From contig CAWIGG010000002.1 in NCBI GenBank assembly GCA_963835575.1, forward strand, positions 1,408,001 to 1,472,000: a stretch of DNA of 64,000 bases. The letters run 5' to 3'. Of this stretch, positions 50,001 through 60,970 are shown in pieces (the first letter of the stretch is position 1; the number at the start of each line of letters is the position of its first letter). The stretch comes from an uncultured Spirochaetota bacterium. GTDB taxonomy: Bacteria; Spirochaetota; Brevinematia; Brevinematales; JAOACQ01. A program made the translations under genes and the position numbers. Below the pieces are notes generated by a model. The model did no database searches, was not told the origin of the DNA, and saw only the letters and a list, made by a program, of their open reading frames with translations.

Positions 50001-50218
50001 TTATAAATTTTTATTTTTAAATAGAAATCTTACAGTATTTCCCATGACAGACCGCTATTTGAATTTATAAAAGCTTTGGCGGAGAGTCAGGAGGGCAAAA
50101 ATACAAAAAATGTTTTAAAGCTTGTTTAGAACAGCGATCGACATTTCCCCCGCAAGACCTTCACAACTTGCAAATTAACTGTCATTGATATAATATATTA
50201 TGGGGGCAGGGGAAAACC

Positions 50219-51013
50219 ATGGAAGAGATTATCCTTGACTGTAATGATGCCGCGCTGAAGGAAAGGCTGCCCGAACTCCTGTCAAAAGAACTGGCTTTCT
50301 CATTCGTTTTATATAATTTAACCGATGAACAGGAAAAATCGATCAACTGCCTCCTCGAACTCATCCTTGAGAAATACGGCCGCAAGGACCTGCTTGACAT
50401 AGTCTATTCATCCACAAAAGAGATGATCATAAACGCCACAAAATCGAATTTAAAACGCCTTGTTTTCAAGACTCTGGGCCTGAATATCAATAAGGATAGT
50501 GATTACAGGGAGGGGATGGTTTTTTTCAAGTCTTTTCTAAATGAAAAAACCCTGACGGAATATGAGAATAATTTCAAGCAAAATAATTTGCCGATCACAG
50601 TCACAATTTATTTCAGCCCTTTTGTTCTGAATATAAAAGTCAAGAACAACTTTACCCTCCTGCCTGTTGAAGAAAAGAGGATCCGGGATAAATTCGGCAA
50701 AGCGTCCGTTTATTCCAATCTCTTTGAATTCTTTACCGAATATGGAGATGAAACGGAAGGAGCCGGGATGGGCCTGACCCTGGTCGGGATCCTTCTGGAC
50801 CAGTCCGGCATATCCAAACATTCATTCGTTCTTTATTCGAGCGAGACATATAAAGAGACCATCGCGAAAATCGAGATCCCTCTTTCAAAGGAATACATAT
50901 CAAAGCGTCAGGCATTTTCCCGGGAAATGCAGGAAAAAGACATACCGGCCCTCGAACTCCGTAAGGGATTTGAGTATAATTTCAAGAAATTCATGGTTGA
51001 AAGAAAAGATTGA
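50219..51013 (+). CDS. Stand-alone HATPase_c-like protein (anti-sigma/kinase-like)
   Basis: KEMIINATKSN N-box-like; EGAGMGL G2 box. Confidence 0.65.
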   Translation: MEEIILDCNDAALKERLPELLSKELAFSFVLYNLTDEQEKSINCLLELILEKYGRKDLLDIVYSSTKEMIINATKSNLKRLVFKTLGLNINKDSDYREGMVFFKSFLNEKTLTEYENNFKQNNLPITVTIYFSPFVLNIKVKNNFTLLPVEEKRIRDKFGKASVYSNLFEFFTEYGDETEGAGMGLTLVGILLDQSGISKHSFVLYSSETYKETIAKIEIPLSKEYISKRQAFSREMQEKDIPALELRKGFEYNFKKFMVERKD

Positions 51014-51210
51014 TTATTTTGATATCTCTTTATAACAATTCATTGCCGCGTCATTGCTATAATTTGTAAAATGAACAGGATATTCCTTTAAAAACTGCCG
51101 GTTTGTATTTAAGTCTTTTTTGTCTTTTTGTTAACCGCTTTTTATAATTTTCCCTATCATTTTACATTACAATCATTTTTCCCCTCTGTTTATGATTATA
51201 AAGGAATTTT

Positions 51211-52584
51211 ATGATACGTTTGATTACCGCCTACTTTAAAAAAGAAAGGGATTTCTACAAAACTTTTATAAAACTCGGAATTCCGGTGGCCCTTCAGAAT
51301 TTTCTGGCGGCCTCATTCGGTTTTATCGACAATATAATGGTCGGACAGCTCGGCGACATCCCTGTCGCGGCCGTGGGGCTGGCAAACCAGTATTATTTTA
51401 TTTTGTTTCTTGTAATGCAGGGAGTGGGGGGAGGGACAGCGCTTTTTGTGTCCCAGTTCTGGGGCAAAAAAAATATAAAGCGGATCAGGAACGTTATCGG
51501 CCTCGGACTGACCCTCTCGTTAATTTCTTCATTGCTGTTTTTTTTCTCTGCCTTTTTCGTGCCCCGGTTCATAATGGGTTTGTTTTCAGCTGATACAGGC
51601 GTTATCCGGCTTGGCTCAGTATTTTTAAGAATCTACGCCTTCAGCTATATTCCAATGGCGCTTAATTTCTGCCTGGCGGCCGCCCTCAGGAGCATGCACA
51701 AAGTGAACATTCCCTTACAGGCTAATATTCTGGGCATAGCGGTAAACACTTCACTCAATTATGTGCTGATATTCGGAAAACTGGGTTTCCCTGTAATGGG
51801 CGTCGCGGGAGCGGCTGTCGCGACGGTAATCGCTCAAACCATTGCCCTGCTTTTCCTGGTTTTCCGCTCTTACAGAGTAATGCCGGAATTATTCCATGGC
51901 GCGAAGACGGTCTTTAAAATTTCAAGGGACCTTGTTAAAAGGTTTACTGTCCAGACCGGCACGATGATCGGTAAAGACCTCATCTGGGTCCTGGGTATCT
52001 CCGCTTATATGGCCATATACGCCAGGATCGGTACAGACGCCGCCGCTTCGATCAATATCACGAGTGTTGTCAGACAGCTGACCATAGTACTTTTCGCCGG
52101 GATAGCCAACGCCAGCCAGATCCTTGTAGGAAATAATATCGGGGGCAACAATAAGGCAAAAGCTTATCAGTATGCCTCGAAATTCCTGAAAATCACGCTT
52201 TTCCTGGGGGTGATATTCGGGATAATAATCATTCTCACAAGATACCTGTTCTTACTGCCGTATAAAGTTTCAAATTCCGTTATTACCGGCGCCGCCGGGG
52301 TCATGCTCTTTTACGGTTTTTCATTTTTCTTTTACGTTTACAATATGGTAGCCGTCATGGGCGTTATGAGGCCGGGGGGCGATAATTTCTTCTGCGCCGT
52401 CATGGATACCATCGCCGTATGGATCATCGGCCTGCCGCTCGCCCTCCTGGCGGGGTTTGTCTGGAAACTGCCCCTGGAGTGGGTGTTCGGGTTTATTTCC
52501 ATACAGGAAGTCTTCAAAGCGATTCTCCTCACCTGGCGGTTCAGGTCGCGGAAATGGATCCACAACCTGGTGCATGATATGTAG
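51211..52584 (+). CDS. MATE family efflux transporter
   Basis: IDNIMVGQLG..VAAVGLANQ, NYVLIFGKLGFPVMGVAGAAVAT. Confidence 0.93.
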   Translation: MIRLITAYFKKERDFYKTFIKLGIPVALQNFLAASFGFIDNIMVGQLGDIPVAAVGLANQYYFILFLVMQGVGGGTALFVSQFWGKKNIKRIRNVIGLGLTLSLISSLLFFFSAFFVPRFIMGLFSADTGVIRLGSVFLRIYAFSYIPMALNFCLAAALRSMHKVNIPLQANILGIAVNTSLNYVLIFGKLGFPVMGVAGAAVATVIAQTIALLFLVFRSYRVMPELFHGAKTVFKISRDLVKRFTVQTGTMIGKDLIWVLGISAYMAIYARIGTDAAASINITSVVRQLTIVLFAGIANASQILVGNNIGGNNKAKAYQYASKFLKITLFLGVIFGIIIILTRYLFLLPYKVSNSVITGAAGVMLFYGFSFFFYVYNMVAVMGVMRPGGDNFFCAVMDTIAVWIIGLPLALLAGFVWKLPLEWVFGFISIQEVFKAILLTWRFRSRKWIHNLVHDM

Positions 52585-52738
52585 GGCGGGACCGGAACTG
52601 CCGATTTTATGACTTTTCTACATATTTTTACTATTGCGGAGCTTGAAAAAAACAGCATTATTTTGAAATTTAAACACTTTTCCTATATACTAAAATGATC
52701 TGGAAGTTTATTTAAATGCCTATCTGCCGGGGAGCAAT

Positions 52739-53764
52739 ATGAATATTGTTAGAAAAATAAAGAATCTATTAGAAGTTAACAGTTTTTTTTCAGTTTTGTT
52801 TGAAAAAGTTACTAATTCTTTTTTATATAGAATATGTGTAGATTTTAATGTAAAAAGATATGTTAAAAAGATAAAAAAGAAGAAAAATTATAATATCGTA
52901 CTGGAAACATCCAATCTTTGCAATGCAAAATGTGTTATGTGCCCTCATGTTAAGATGCAAAGAAAAAAAGGTGTTATGAGTGATGAGATTTTTGATTTAA
53001 TAATTCAAAAAATACAGGAAGAAAGGATTAGCCCCCTTGCCTTTATATTGAATGGATTTGGCGAGCCTTTAACAGATAAAAATATTATACCCAGAATGAA
53101 TAAAATAAAATCGCTGTTTCCTAAGTCAATCCTTAAATTTTATTCCAATTTCGGACTTGCTGATGATTCTGTTATTGAGAAACTGGTAGATTCAGGTTTA
53201 GATGAAATTAATATCAGTTTTAATGGGTTTAACAAAGAAAGTTATGAAGATGTAATGAAAATTAATTATGATAAAACTATTGCCAATGTTTTAAAATTAA
53301 TAAAATCCAGGAATGATAAAAAAAGCAAATTGAAGATAAGAATGTCTATGGCTTTGGTCAATAGTAATGACGGTGATGAAAAGAAGTTTATAAAAAAATG
53401 GGGAAATAAGGTTGATTCTGTCAGTATAAATAAAGTTCATGATTACGGCGGTTCAGTTAAATCCGTATCTGGAAAGTATAAGATTAATTATGAGAAAAAA
53501 AGACTAAATCCATGCAAGGCTATTTTTAATTCCATCATTTTCGGAGTTACAGGCGATATTTTCTTATGCTGCTTGGATTATGAAGGTTCATTTAATTTCG
53601 GCAGCGTTAGGGATAATAAAATATTAGATATCTTCTATTCAAAAGAATATGAAAATATCAGGAAAATCCATTTAAACGGAGACGCAAGAAAGCTCAAATT
53701 ATGCTCCAGCTGTTACACGCCTTACAGGAATGGAATCGACTGGTTTATTGATAAAATATATTAA
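52739..53764 (+). CDS. Radical SAM / SPASM-like protein, low GC
   Basis: CNAKCVMC, GFGEPL, C-terminal PC...LCCLD...CSSC. Confidence 0.88.
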   Translation: MNIVRKIKNLLEVNSFFSVLFEKVTNSFLYRICVDFNVKRYVKKIKKKKNYNIVLETSNLCNAKCVMCPHVKMQRKKGVMSDEIFDLIIQKIQEERISPLAFILNGFGEPLTDKNIIPRMNKIKSLFPKSILKFYSNFGLADDSVIEKLVDSGLDEINISFNGFNKESYEDVMKINYDKTIANVLKLIKSRNDKKSKLKIRMSMALVNSNDGDEKKFIKKWGNKVDSVSINKVHDYGGSVKSVSGKYKINYEKKRLNPCKAIFNSIIFGVTGDIFLCCLDYEGSFNFGSVRDNKILDIFYSKEYENIRKIHLNGDARKLKLCSSCYTPYRNGIDWFIDKIY

Positions 53765-53987
53765 TGGCATGTTGTAATCAATACAGACAAACAGCGGTTA
53801 AGCATGTCAATAATCGCTTAAAAAAGCCTCCAGTCCACTGGATTTAAACAGATTAACTGCAGGTGATAAAAGGATGATTTTGGTTTTGTTTAAAGATCGA
53901 TGTTCATTTAAATCCATATTCTGTAAAACTATCTAGATCCTAAATTATCGGAGGAGGTTGGATTCATAGATAATGCAATCAATTACA

Positions 53988-54426
53988 GAACATCGGAAAT
54001 AATTCACTGACGCATACCTGCCAAATTAAAACTATCAATTTTTTAAAAATCAAAGAGTATAATGATTCAATTTTACTCGTTATTTTTGAATATAAATCAA
54101 TTTCATGAGGAAGAACATTCTACAAAAAGGTCGGGAGAAGGTGAAAATCCAATTTTAGATTCGTATAGAAGATCAACTCACCAAACGGACCCCGCTAGTG
54201 AGTTGATCCTTAATTATCCCCTAAGGCGTTACATAGATAAAGTCGTCCCCCTCTCCAGTGATCTCGTTCGTTCCAATCCAGTAGCAGCACTTCAACGCAC
54301 TGTTGTCAAACCCGGCGGGGGGAGGAGGAATTCATAGATTATACAATTCTTTATATGATAATTAAATAAGAAACATCGAAAATAATTCACTTTCAAATAC
54401 CTGCCAAATTGAATTTATCTTTTTTG
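53988..54426. repeat. About 55-bp imperfect direct repeat pair
   Basis: AACATCG.AAATAATTCACT....ATACCTGCCAAATT near 53989 and 54372; hairpin GATCAACTCAC / GTGAGTTGATC between them. Confidence 0.65.
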
Positions 54427-54454
54427 ACCGCTCAATAATCTCCACAGCAAAACA

Positions 54455-54489
54455 TTAACCTTGACGTTAAGGTTAAGGATTATTATAAT
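54455..54489 (+). promoter_or_regulatory. Promoter with overlapping MerR-type dyad
   Basis: TTGACG (54461)-17-TATAAT (54484); dyad TTAACCTT-N6-AAGGTTAA. Confidence 0.7.
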
Positions 54490-54542
54490 ATATTATGGAA
54501 TAATATGGCAGTGATCGGAAGTATAATAAGAGAGAAACAATT

Positions 54543-54944
54543 ATGGGAAACAAATCCGGATTATTTAAAATTGAAGAGGCGGCAGTGAAGACCGGTCTGA
54601 CAAAAAGGGCCTTAAGGTATTATGAGGAATTAAAACTCATTTTTCCGGTACGCGGCGGGTCCGGCTACAGGATGTATACCGGTGAAGACATTGAAAAAGT
54701 CATGAGAATCAAGGAAATCAAGGACAGCCTGGGATTCGGGTTAAGCGAGATCAAAGATATTTTTGAACTGGAAAAAAATCTGATGACTATCGAAAAAGAT
54801 AAGAATTATGACGCGGCTTTGATCGGCAGGTCCATTGATGAAATTAACAGGCAAATCAAATTGATTGAAAATAAGGAAGCCACTCTCAAAAGGGTCAAAG
54901 AAAAATATCATGCTATTCTGCAGCAATTAAAGGAGATAAAATGA
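54543..54944 (+). CDS. MerR family regulator
   Basis: KIEEAAVKTGLTKRALRYYEELKLI.P.R...GYRMY. Confidence 0.92.
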   Translation: MGNKSGLFKIEEAAVKTGLTKRALRYYEELKLIFPVRGGSGYRMYTGEDIEKVMRIKEIKDSLGFGLSEIKDIFELEKNLMTIEKDKNYDAALIGRSIDEINRQIKLIENKEATLKRVKEKYHAILQQLKEIK

Positions 54945-56401
54945 AGAGAATCAACTACAAGTGGATCGCGCTTTCATGCACCTCATTAGGGGCGTTTTTC
55001 GCGGTTATGAGCGGAAATACCCTCATTGTAGCTTTACCGGTCATCATGAAGGACCTGAATGCGTCTTTTCAGGAGATTATCTGGACAATGATGGGCTATA
55101 TGTTCATACTGAGCATAATAGTTCCCGCGATAGGAAGGATCGCGGACATGATAGGCAGAAAAAAGCTTTTTATCGCGGGTTTCGTTGTATTTACACTTGG
55201 TTCTTTACTATGCGCTTTTTCAAGGTCGGGCTTAGACCTGCTTTTATACAGGATGGTCCAGGCGGTAGGAGGAGCGCTGTTAGCCGCGAACAGCGTACCG
55301 ATTGTCACAGACGCCTTCCCCAGGAAGGAACTCGGTATGGCATTGGGCATCAACGGCATGATCATAAGTATCGGGGCGGTTATCGGCCCTATTCTGGGCG
55401 GCTTATTGATAAACATGGGCTGGCGGTCGATCTTTTATATCAATGTTCCTATAGGAATTATCGGTACGATCTGGGCGGCGACACAGCTTAAGGAACTCGA
55501 TATTCTTCCTGAAAAACAGAAATTCGACTGGGCCGGGGCTATTCTTTTCACAGCCGGCATGCTTGCCCTGCTGCTTTTTTTAACCTTCGGAGGACTTTAC
55601 GGGTGGCAAAGGCCGGAATTATATATCCTTTTAGCCGCGGCGCTCGTTTTGCTGCCGCTTTTCGTTTACATGGAATTCCAGTCAAAGGAACCCATGCTTG
55701 ACATGAGGCTTTTTGAGTCGAGGGCCATTTCCTTTGCATACGGTTCCAATCTCCTGAACGGTATTGCCCGCGGTGCCGTAACCTTTCTTCTTATTTTTTA
55801 TTTCCAGGGGATAAAAGGGATAGACCCTATCCAGGCCGCCGTCATGCTGATACCGTTTGTACTGCCGCAAATGATCATAGCCCCTATTTGCGGATGGCTT
55901 TCGGACAGGATTGGCTCAAGAATGCTCAGTTCGGCCGGGCTGCTCATATCCGCCCTTGGGTTTATAGGCCTGATCTGGATAAGACCTGAAACTTCTTACC
56001 TGGAATTGACAATATGGATGATAATCATCGGTATAGGTTCCGGTATGTTCTTTTCACCCAACAACAAGGCAATTATGGCAGCCGTACCGGTAGAAAAAAG
56101 GGGAATCGCCGGCGGGGTCCGTACGATGATGAATAACCTGGGAATGATCATCAGCATGGCGCTATCCATGGCCGTCATTACCTCAAGCATTACACCGGAG
56201 GCCTTTTCAGGACTTATTACAGGGACACAGATCGGTTCAAAGGGTATTGCCGTCAAAGAATTTATTTCAGGCCTGAGAATACTATTTACAGTATCATTTG
56301 GGATCAGCATTTTTGCCGCCTTTATATCTTACCTGAGGGGCAGTATGCCTGACTGGCAGCATGATGTTCATCACCAGGAAATCAAACCATTTAAAGAGTA
56401 A
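54941..56401 (+). CDS. MFS transporter, DHA2 (14-TM) type
   Basis: GRIADMIGRKK, IGPILGG, WRSIFYINVPIG. Confidence 0.92.
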   Translation: MKRINYKWIALSCTSLGAFFAVMSGNTLIVALPVIMKDLNASFQEIIWTMMGYMFILSIIVPAIGRIADMIGRKKLFIAGFVVFTLGSLLCAFSRSGLDLLLYRMVQAVGGALLAANSVPIVTDAFPRKELGMALGINGMIISIGAVIGPILGGLLINMGWRSIFYINVPIGIIGTIWAATQLKELDILPEKQKFDWAGAILFTAGMLALLLFLTFGGLYGWQRPELYILLAAALVLLPLFVYMEFQSKEPMLDMRLFESRAISFAYGSNLLNGIARGAVTFLLIFYFQGIKGIDPIQAAVMLIPFVLPQMIIAPICGWLSDRIGSRMLSSAGLLISALGFIGLIWIRPETSYLELTIWMIIIGIGSGMFFSPNNKAIMAAVPVEKRGIAGGVRTMMNNLGMIISMALSMAVITSSITPEAFSGLITGTQIGSKGIAVKEFISGLRILFTVSFGISIFAAFISYLRGSMPDWQHDVHHQEIKPFKE

Positions 56402-56428
56402 TAGAAAATTTGAGAAAAGGAGTTTGTT

Positions 56429-57451
56429 ATGGCATTGATGAAAGCAGTACAGGTTAAGTCTCCCGGAGCGGATTTTGAACTGGTCCAGTTGGAAATACCC
56501 GTTCCCAAAGAGAACGAAGTCCTGATTAAAGTAGAAGCATGCGGTATCTGCCACGGGGACGCGGTCGTTAAAGAAGGCCATTATCCCGGCATACAGTACC
56601 CGAGGATCCCCGGGCACGAAGTGATCGGGATTATAGATAAGCTCGGCCCCGGTGTTTCCGTCTGGCAGACCGGCCAGCGCGTAGGCGTCGGCTGGTACGG
56701 GGGCCCCTGCCTGAAATGCGGCCCCTGCAGGAAAAAAGATTACTCCAATTGCGAGAATTTTCTTACAACCGGTATTTCCTTTGACGGGGGATACGCGGAG
56801 TACATGACGGCTCACATGCAGGCCCTCAATCTTATCCCGGATAATCTCAACGCGCTGGAAGCGGCCCCGCTGCTCTGCGCCGGCAGGACGACATTTTCCG
56901 CCCTCCGCAACAGCGGCGCAAAAGGCGGCGACATAGTAGCCGTACTGGGACTGGGCGGCCTCGGGCACCTGGCGGTCCAGTTTTCCAGGAAGCTTGGTTT
57001 CCATACTGTGACACTGTCGCGCGGAAAAGAAAAGGAAGAACTCGCTTATAAACTGGGTGCGCATGTCTATATCGATACAAAAGGATCGGACCCGGCGGCA
57101 GAGCTCAAGAAGCTGGGCGGCGCTAAAGTAATCCTTGCCACGGCCCCCAGCGGAAAAGCCATACAGGACGTGATCAACGGCCTGGGTTTTGACGGGCAGA
57201 TCATCATTGTGGCCGGGCAGGGCGAACCTATGCAGGTCATTCCCGGTCAGCTGCTGGGCGGAAGGCGGTCGATCAGGGGATGGGTATCCGGTCCCATAAG
57301 AAATAAAAATGAAGACGCCCTGAATTTCAGCGTCATATCCGGGGTCCTTCCCATGATCGAGGTTTTCCCGCTGGAGCAGGCGGCCCTGGCTTATGAAAAG
57401 ATGATTTCATCAAAGGTCCATTTCAGATCGGTCCTGAAAATGGGCGCTTAA
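56429..57451 (+). CDS. Zinc-binding alcohol dehydrogenase
   Basis: ACGICH, PGHE, CLKCGPC, GLGGLG. Confidence 0.93.
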   Translation: MALMKAVQVKSPGADFELVQLEIPVPKENEVLIKVEACGICHGDAVVKEGHYPGIQYPRIPGHEVIGIIDKLGPGVSVWQTGQRVGVGWYGGPCLKCGPCRKKDYSNCENFLTTGISFDGGYAEYMTAHMQALNLIPDNLNALEAAPLLCAGRTTFSALRNSGAKGGDIVAVLGLGGLGHLAVQFSRKLGFHTVTLSRGKEKEELAYKLGAHVYIDTKGSDPAAELKKLGGAKVILATAPSGKAIQDVINGLGFDGQIIIVAGQGEPMQVIPGQLLGGRRSIRGWVSGPIRNKNEDALNFSVISGVLPMIEVFPLEQAALAYEKMISSKVHFRSVLKMGA

Positions 57452-57523
57452 CAAGCCGGGCCCCGCTGAGCCGGGTCGAAGTGATTGACCGAATATCAAA
57501 AACAAAATTTTGAGGAGGTCTTT

Positions 57524-58240
57524 ATGGATATATTAAAAATGATCCGGGAAAGAAGGTCTTTAAGAATGCCTTTCAACCCGGGACGGCCTGTTAAAAAACA
57601 GGATTTAATGAAGATTCTTGAGGCCGCGCGCTGGACGCCTACGGCCCACAATATGCAGAACTTTGAAATAATCGTTGTGGATGATAAAAAGGTCCTGGAA
57701 TCTATCGGCAATATAAAGAGGCCGGTTTCCGAGATATTTATCAGGGAAAATTATCATCAGTTATCATTTTCAGAGGAAGAGCTCAAGAGGAAAAAAACAG
57801 GGGTACTGGGGACAATGTTCCCGCCGTCCTGGAGAAACCCGGATTTTAAACTGGATAAGGTCAATAGGGAAGAGATCGAGGCGATGCAGAGGCCATTACC
57901 GTCAGGCTCTGTTTTACTGTTTGTGGTTTATGATCCGGACAGAAGGGCCCCGGCTTCCGAAGGGGATTTCCTCGGGATCGTCAGCCTGGGATGTTTGATG
58001 GAAAACATTTGGCTCGCGGCCGAATCCCTGGGTATCGGCCTGCACATTGTCAGTTCGCTCAGTACGGACCCGGAAGTAAGAAAGGTCCTCAATATTCCGG
58101 ACAATCTGGTGATCGCTTTTTCATGCCGGCTGGGGTATCCGGCCGCAAAACCGGCCGGTTATATCCGTGTGCGCAGGGATATAAAGGATTTTACACATCA
58201 CAACCGCTACGGGAATAAGGAGGAAAACAATGGCAATTAA
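57524..58240 (+). CDS. Nitroreductase family protein
   Basis: IRERRSLR, ARWTPTAHNMQ, MENIWLAAESLGIG, LGYP; GAGGAGG RBS. Confidence 0.88.
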   Translation: MDILKMIRERRSLRMPFNPGRPVKKQDLMKILEAARWTPTAHNMQNFEIIVVDDKKVLESIGNIKRPVSEIFIRENYHQLSFSEEELKRKKTGVLGTMFPPSWRNPDFKLDKVNREEIEAMQRPLPSGSVLLFVVYDPDRRAPASEGDFLGIVSLGCLMENIWLAAESLGIGLHIVSSLSTDPEVRKVLNIPDNLVIAFSCRLGYPAAKPAGYIRVRRDIKDFTHHNRYGNKEENNGN

Positions 58241-59042
58241 AGGCGAATGGATTGATTACGGGGACCAGCGGGGGTACTTCGCAATTCCGGAAAAGACATC
58301 GACTCAGCTGCCGGGTATCATTGTAATCCAGGAAGCATGGGGTGTGAATGAACACATAGAAGATGTTACAAGGCGGTTCGCCGCCGCGGGTTACGCGGCC
58401 CTCGCTCCCGATCTCTTCGCGGTCGGCGGCAAAAGGCCGGCGGCGCTTACCCAGGAACGGATCGGGAAGGCCATGAAATTTATGAGACAGCTTTCTCCCG
58501 CTGTCTGGGGAAACCCGGCGGAGAGGGAAGCAGAGCTTGCCAGGCTTCCGGAACCCGATCGGACAGATTTCAGCGAAACCTTCGGTCAGCTATTCGCCGG
58601 TCCAAGCCGGATGGCGGGATATATACCTCAGCTCAGGGCCGCAGTTCATCATCTCAGGACCGGACAGCCGGAAACGAAGGAACAAAAAGTTGCCTGTGTC
58701 GGCTTCTGCATGGGCGGAGGACTTTCGGCCCTTCTTGCCTGTGAAGAGCCGGAAATTTCAGGCGCCGCAGTCTTCTACGGGAATACGCCTCCCGCGGATA
58801 AAATACCATCCATAAAATGCCCTGTAATAGGCTTCTACGGCGCAAATGACCAGCGTGTCAATCCCGGGATTCCCATCTTCGAAGAAGCCCTGCTTAAAGC
58901 TGGCAAGTCTTACGAACACTTTGTCTATGAAGGGGCAAACCACGCCTTCTTCAATGACGACGGTCAGGCCTACAATGTCAGGGCGGTCAGGGATTCATTC
59001 GTACGGCTGCTGACTTTCTTTCATAAAACACTGTCAGACTGA
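58230..59042 (+). CDS. Dienelactone hydrolase family protein
   Basis: VIQEAWG, GFCMGG, GANHAFFND. Confidence 0.92.
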   Translation: MAIKGEWIDYGDQRGYFAIPEKTSTQLPGIIVIQEAWGVNEHIEDVTRRFAAAGYAALAPDLFAVGGKRPAALTQERIGKAMKFMRQLSPAVWGNPAEREAELARLPEPDRTDFSETFGQLFAGPSRMAGYIPQLRAAVHHLRTGQPETKEQKVACVGFCMGGGLSALLACEEPEISGAAVFYGNTPPADKIPSIKCPVIGFYGANDQRVNPGIPIFEEALLKAGKSYEHFVYEGANHAFFNDDGQAYNVRAVRDSFVRLLTFFHKTLSD

Positions 59043-59052
59043 GGACCGTTAA

Positions 59053-60210
59053 ATGGACCAGTTCTCAGAATGCCTGGTTATGGCCAAGCCGGGCGGCCCG
59101 GAGTGTAATATGCGCTGCAGTTATTGTTACTATCTGGGAAAAAAATCCCTCTTTCCAAAAGGCCCTATGCTGATGTCCGAAGATCTCCTGGAAAGATATA
59201 TCGCCCAGAGGATCGAGGCTTCACCCGGCCCCAGCACTCATTTCGAATGGCATGGCGGGGAGCCGACCCTCCTTGGCCTGGATTATTTCCATACGATTAC
59301 GCGATTACAGCATAAATATAAACCGGCCGGGAGGACAATATCCAACGGACTCCAGACGAACGGCCTTCTGATCGATGAAAAATGGGCGGAGTTCCTTGCA
59401 GAGGAGTGTTTTTCCGTGGGGCTCAGCCTGGACGGCCCTGCTGAATTTCATGACAGGTTCAGAAAAACCGCCGGCCTAGGCCCTACCCAGGCCCGTGTTG
59501 TCAAGGCTTTCCATCTGCTGAAAAAGAGCCATGTCTTCACCAATATACTCTGTGTCCTCCATTCGGTAAACGCGGCGGAACCGGACAGGATGTACGGTTT
59601 CTTCCGGGACCTGGGAGCGGCATATATCCAGTTCCTTCCTCTGGTCATGCCGGATAAAGAACATGGCGTCAGTGAAGCAACAGCGAAACCTGATGTGATC
59701 GGAGATTTTCTATGCCGTGTGTTCGACCTGTGGATCAGGGAAGACGCGGGCCGGATTGTGGTCCAGATATTCGACGAGGCGCTGCGGCCGGTTTACGGCA
59801 TCCCCCACGCTTTATGCATTCACAGGGAAACCTGCGGCGACGCTGCCGTTCTTGAACATGACGGGAGTTTTTACGTCTGCGACCATTTTGTCGATCCGGA
59901 CCATTTCATCGGGAATATAAAAGAAAAAAAACTGGCCGATATGGCGGCCGATCCCCGAATGGTCCGCTTCGGAAAAGCCAAACGGGATACCCTCCCGCAA
60001 TTCTGCCTTGAATGCGAAGTTCTCCCGGCCTGCAACGGCGGCTGCCCCAAGGACCGCATATCAAAAGCCCCGGATGGACAGGTCGGACTGAATTATCTCT
60101 GCCCTGCTTATAAAAATTTCTTTATCTATTCCAGACCTGAACTGATGCGCCTGGCGGCCCATATAAAAGCAGGGAAGCCCCTGAGAGCATTCAGGCCATC
60201 TACTCACTGA
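59053..60210 (+). CDS. Anaerobic sulfatase maturase-like radical SAM/SPASM enzyme
   Basis: KP.GPECNMRCSYCYY, WHGGEPTL, CDHFV, CNGGCPKDR, NYLC. Confidence 0.9.
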   Translation: MDQFSECLVMAKPGGPECNMRCSYCYYLGKKSLFPKGPMLMSEDLLERYIAQRIEASPGPSTHFEWHGGEPTLLGLDYFHTITRLQHKYKPAGRTISNGLQTNGLLIDEKWAEFLAEECFSVGLSLDGPAEFHDRFRKTAGLGPTQARVVKAFHLLKKSHVFTNILCVLHSVNAAEPDRMYGFFRDLGAAYIQFLPLVMPDKEHGVSEATAKPDVIGDFLCRVFDLWIREDAGRIVVQIFDEALRPVYGIPHALCIHRETCGDAAVLEHDGSFYVCDHFVDPDHFIGNIKEKKLADMAADPRMVRFGKAKRDTLPQFCLECEVLPACNGGCPKDRISKAPDGQVGLNYLCPAYKNFFIYSRPELMRLAAHIKAGKPLRAFRPSTH

Positions 60211-60374
60211 AAATTTCTGATTTGAAATACTGTTCAAGAAAAATCTGGTCGATTTTTATCCAATATTTAATTCCCGGGAAAAATCGGCTTTTTTATGCAT
60301 TTTTTTATTTTGTTTTGCTTTTTCCAGTTCAGCCCATTATAATTCTTCCTATTCAGCCGCTTGAGGAGTCTATT

Positions 60375-60970
60375 ATGCCGCTTTTAAAAATATTCACCGT
60401 CATAGGAGCTGCCGGGCTGGCAAGCTGTTTTCATGTTTAATCGTCCTGCATATTCTCCCGACGGGATTCCGCCCCATCCGTGATCCCGTTTGTAATTATG
60501 CGTCCGGCCGCTATGGATTCCTGTTCCGCCTTCAGGCCGTTTCTTCAGGTATCAGCGGGGTTTGCCTTTTAGCGCTTTTGGCCGGGTCGAGGCTCTCTTT
60601 AAGCCTTTTAGAAACCGCCGCCCTGATATTGTATTCATTCTCACGCCTTGTGATCATCTTCTTTCCAACCGATGTAAAACCGCCCCGGACCTTCAAGGGA
60701 ACAATTCACGTAATTCTCGACGTCTTCACTTTCGGGGGGATCGCCGCCGCGGCGGGATTTCTCACTCCCCGATTGATAATCATACCCATCTGGTCAAAAA
60801 TAAGTGTGGAACTCCAGGCCGCCGCGCTGCTGACCATGGCGTCCGCGATACTGTTTGCCGCCGTTTATGCGGTCCGCCCTCTGCGGCAGATCGAAGGATT
60901 GATCGAACGGTTCCTTTATCTCGGGACCTTACTCTGGCTCGGTTTGATGTTCCTGCCGATTCTCCTGTAG
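60375..60970 (+). pseudogene. DUF998-like membrane protein with a frameshift near 60420
   Basis: GAGGAG plus ATG 60375; the second frame gives LHILPTGFRPIRDPVCNYASGRYG...FFPTD...GLIER. Confidence 0.7.
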
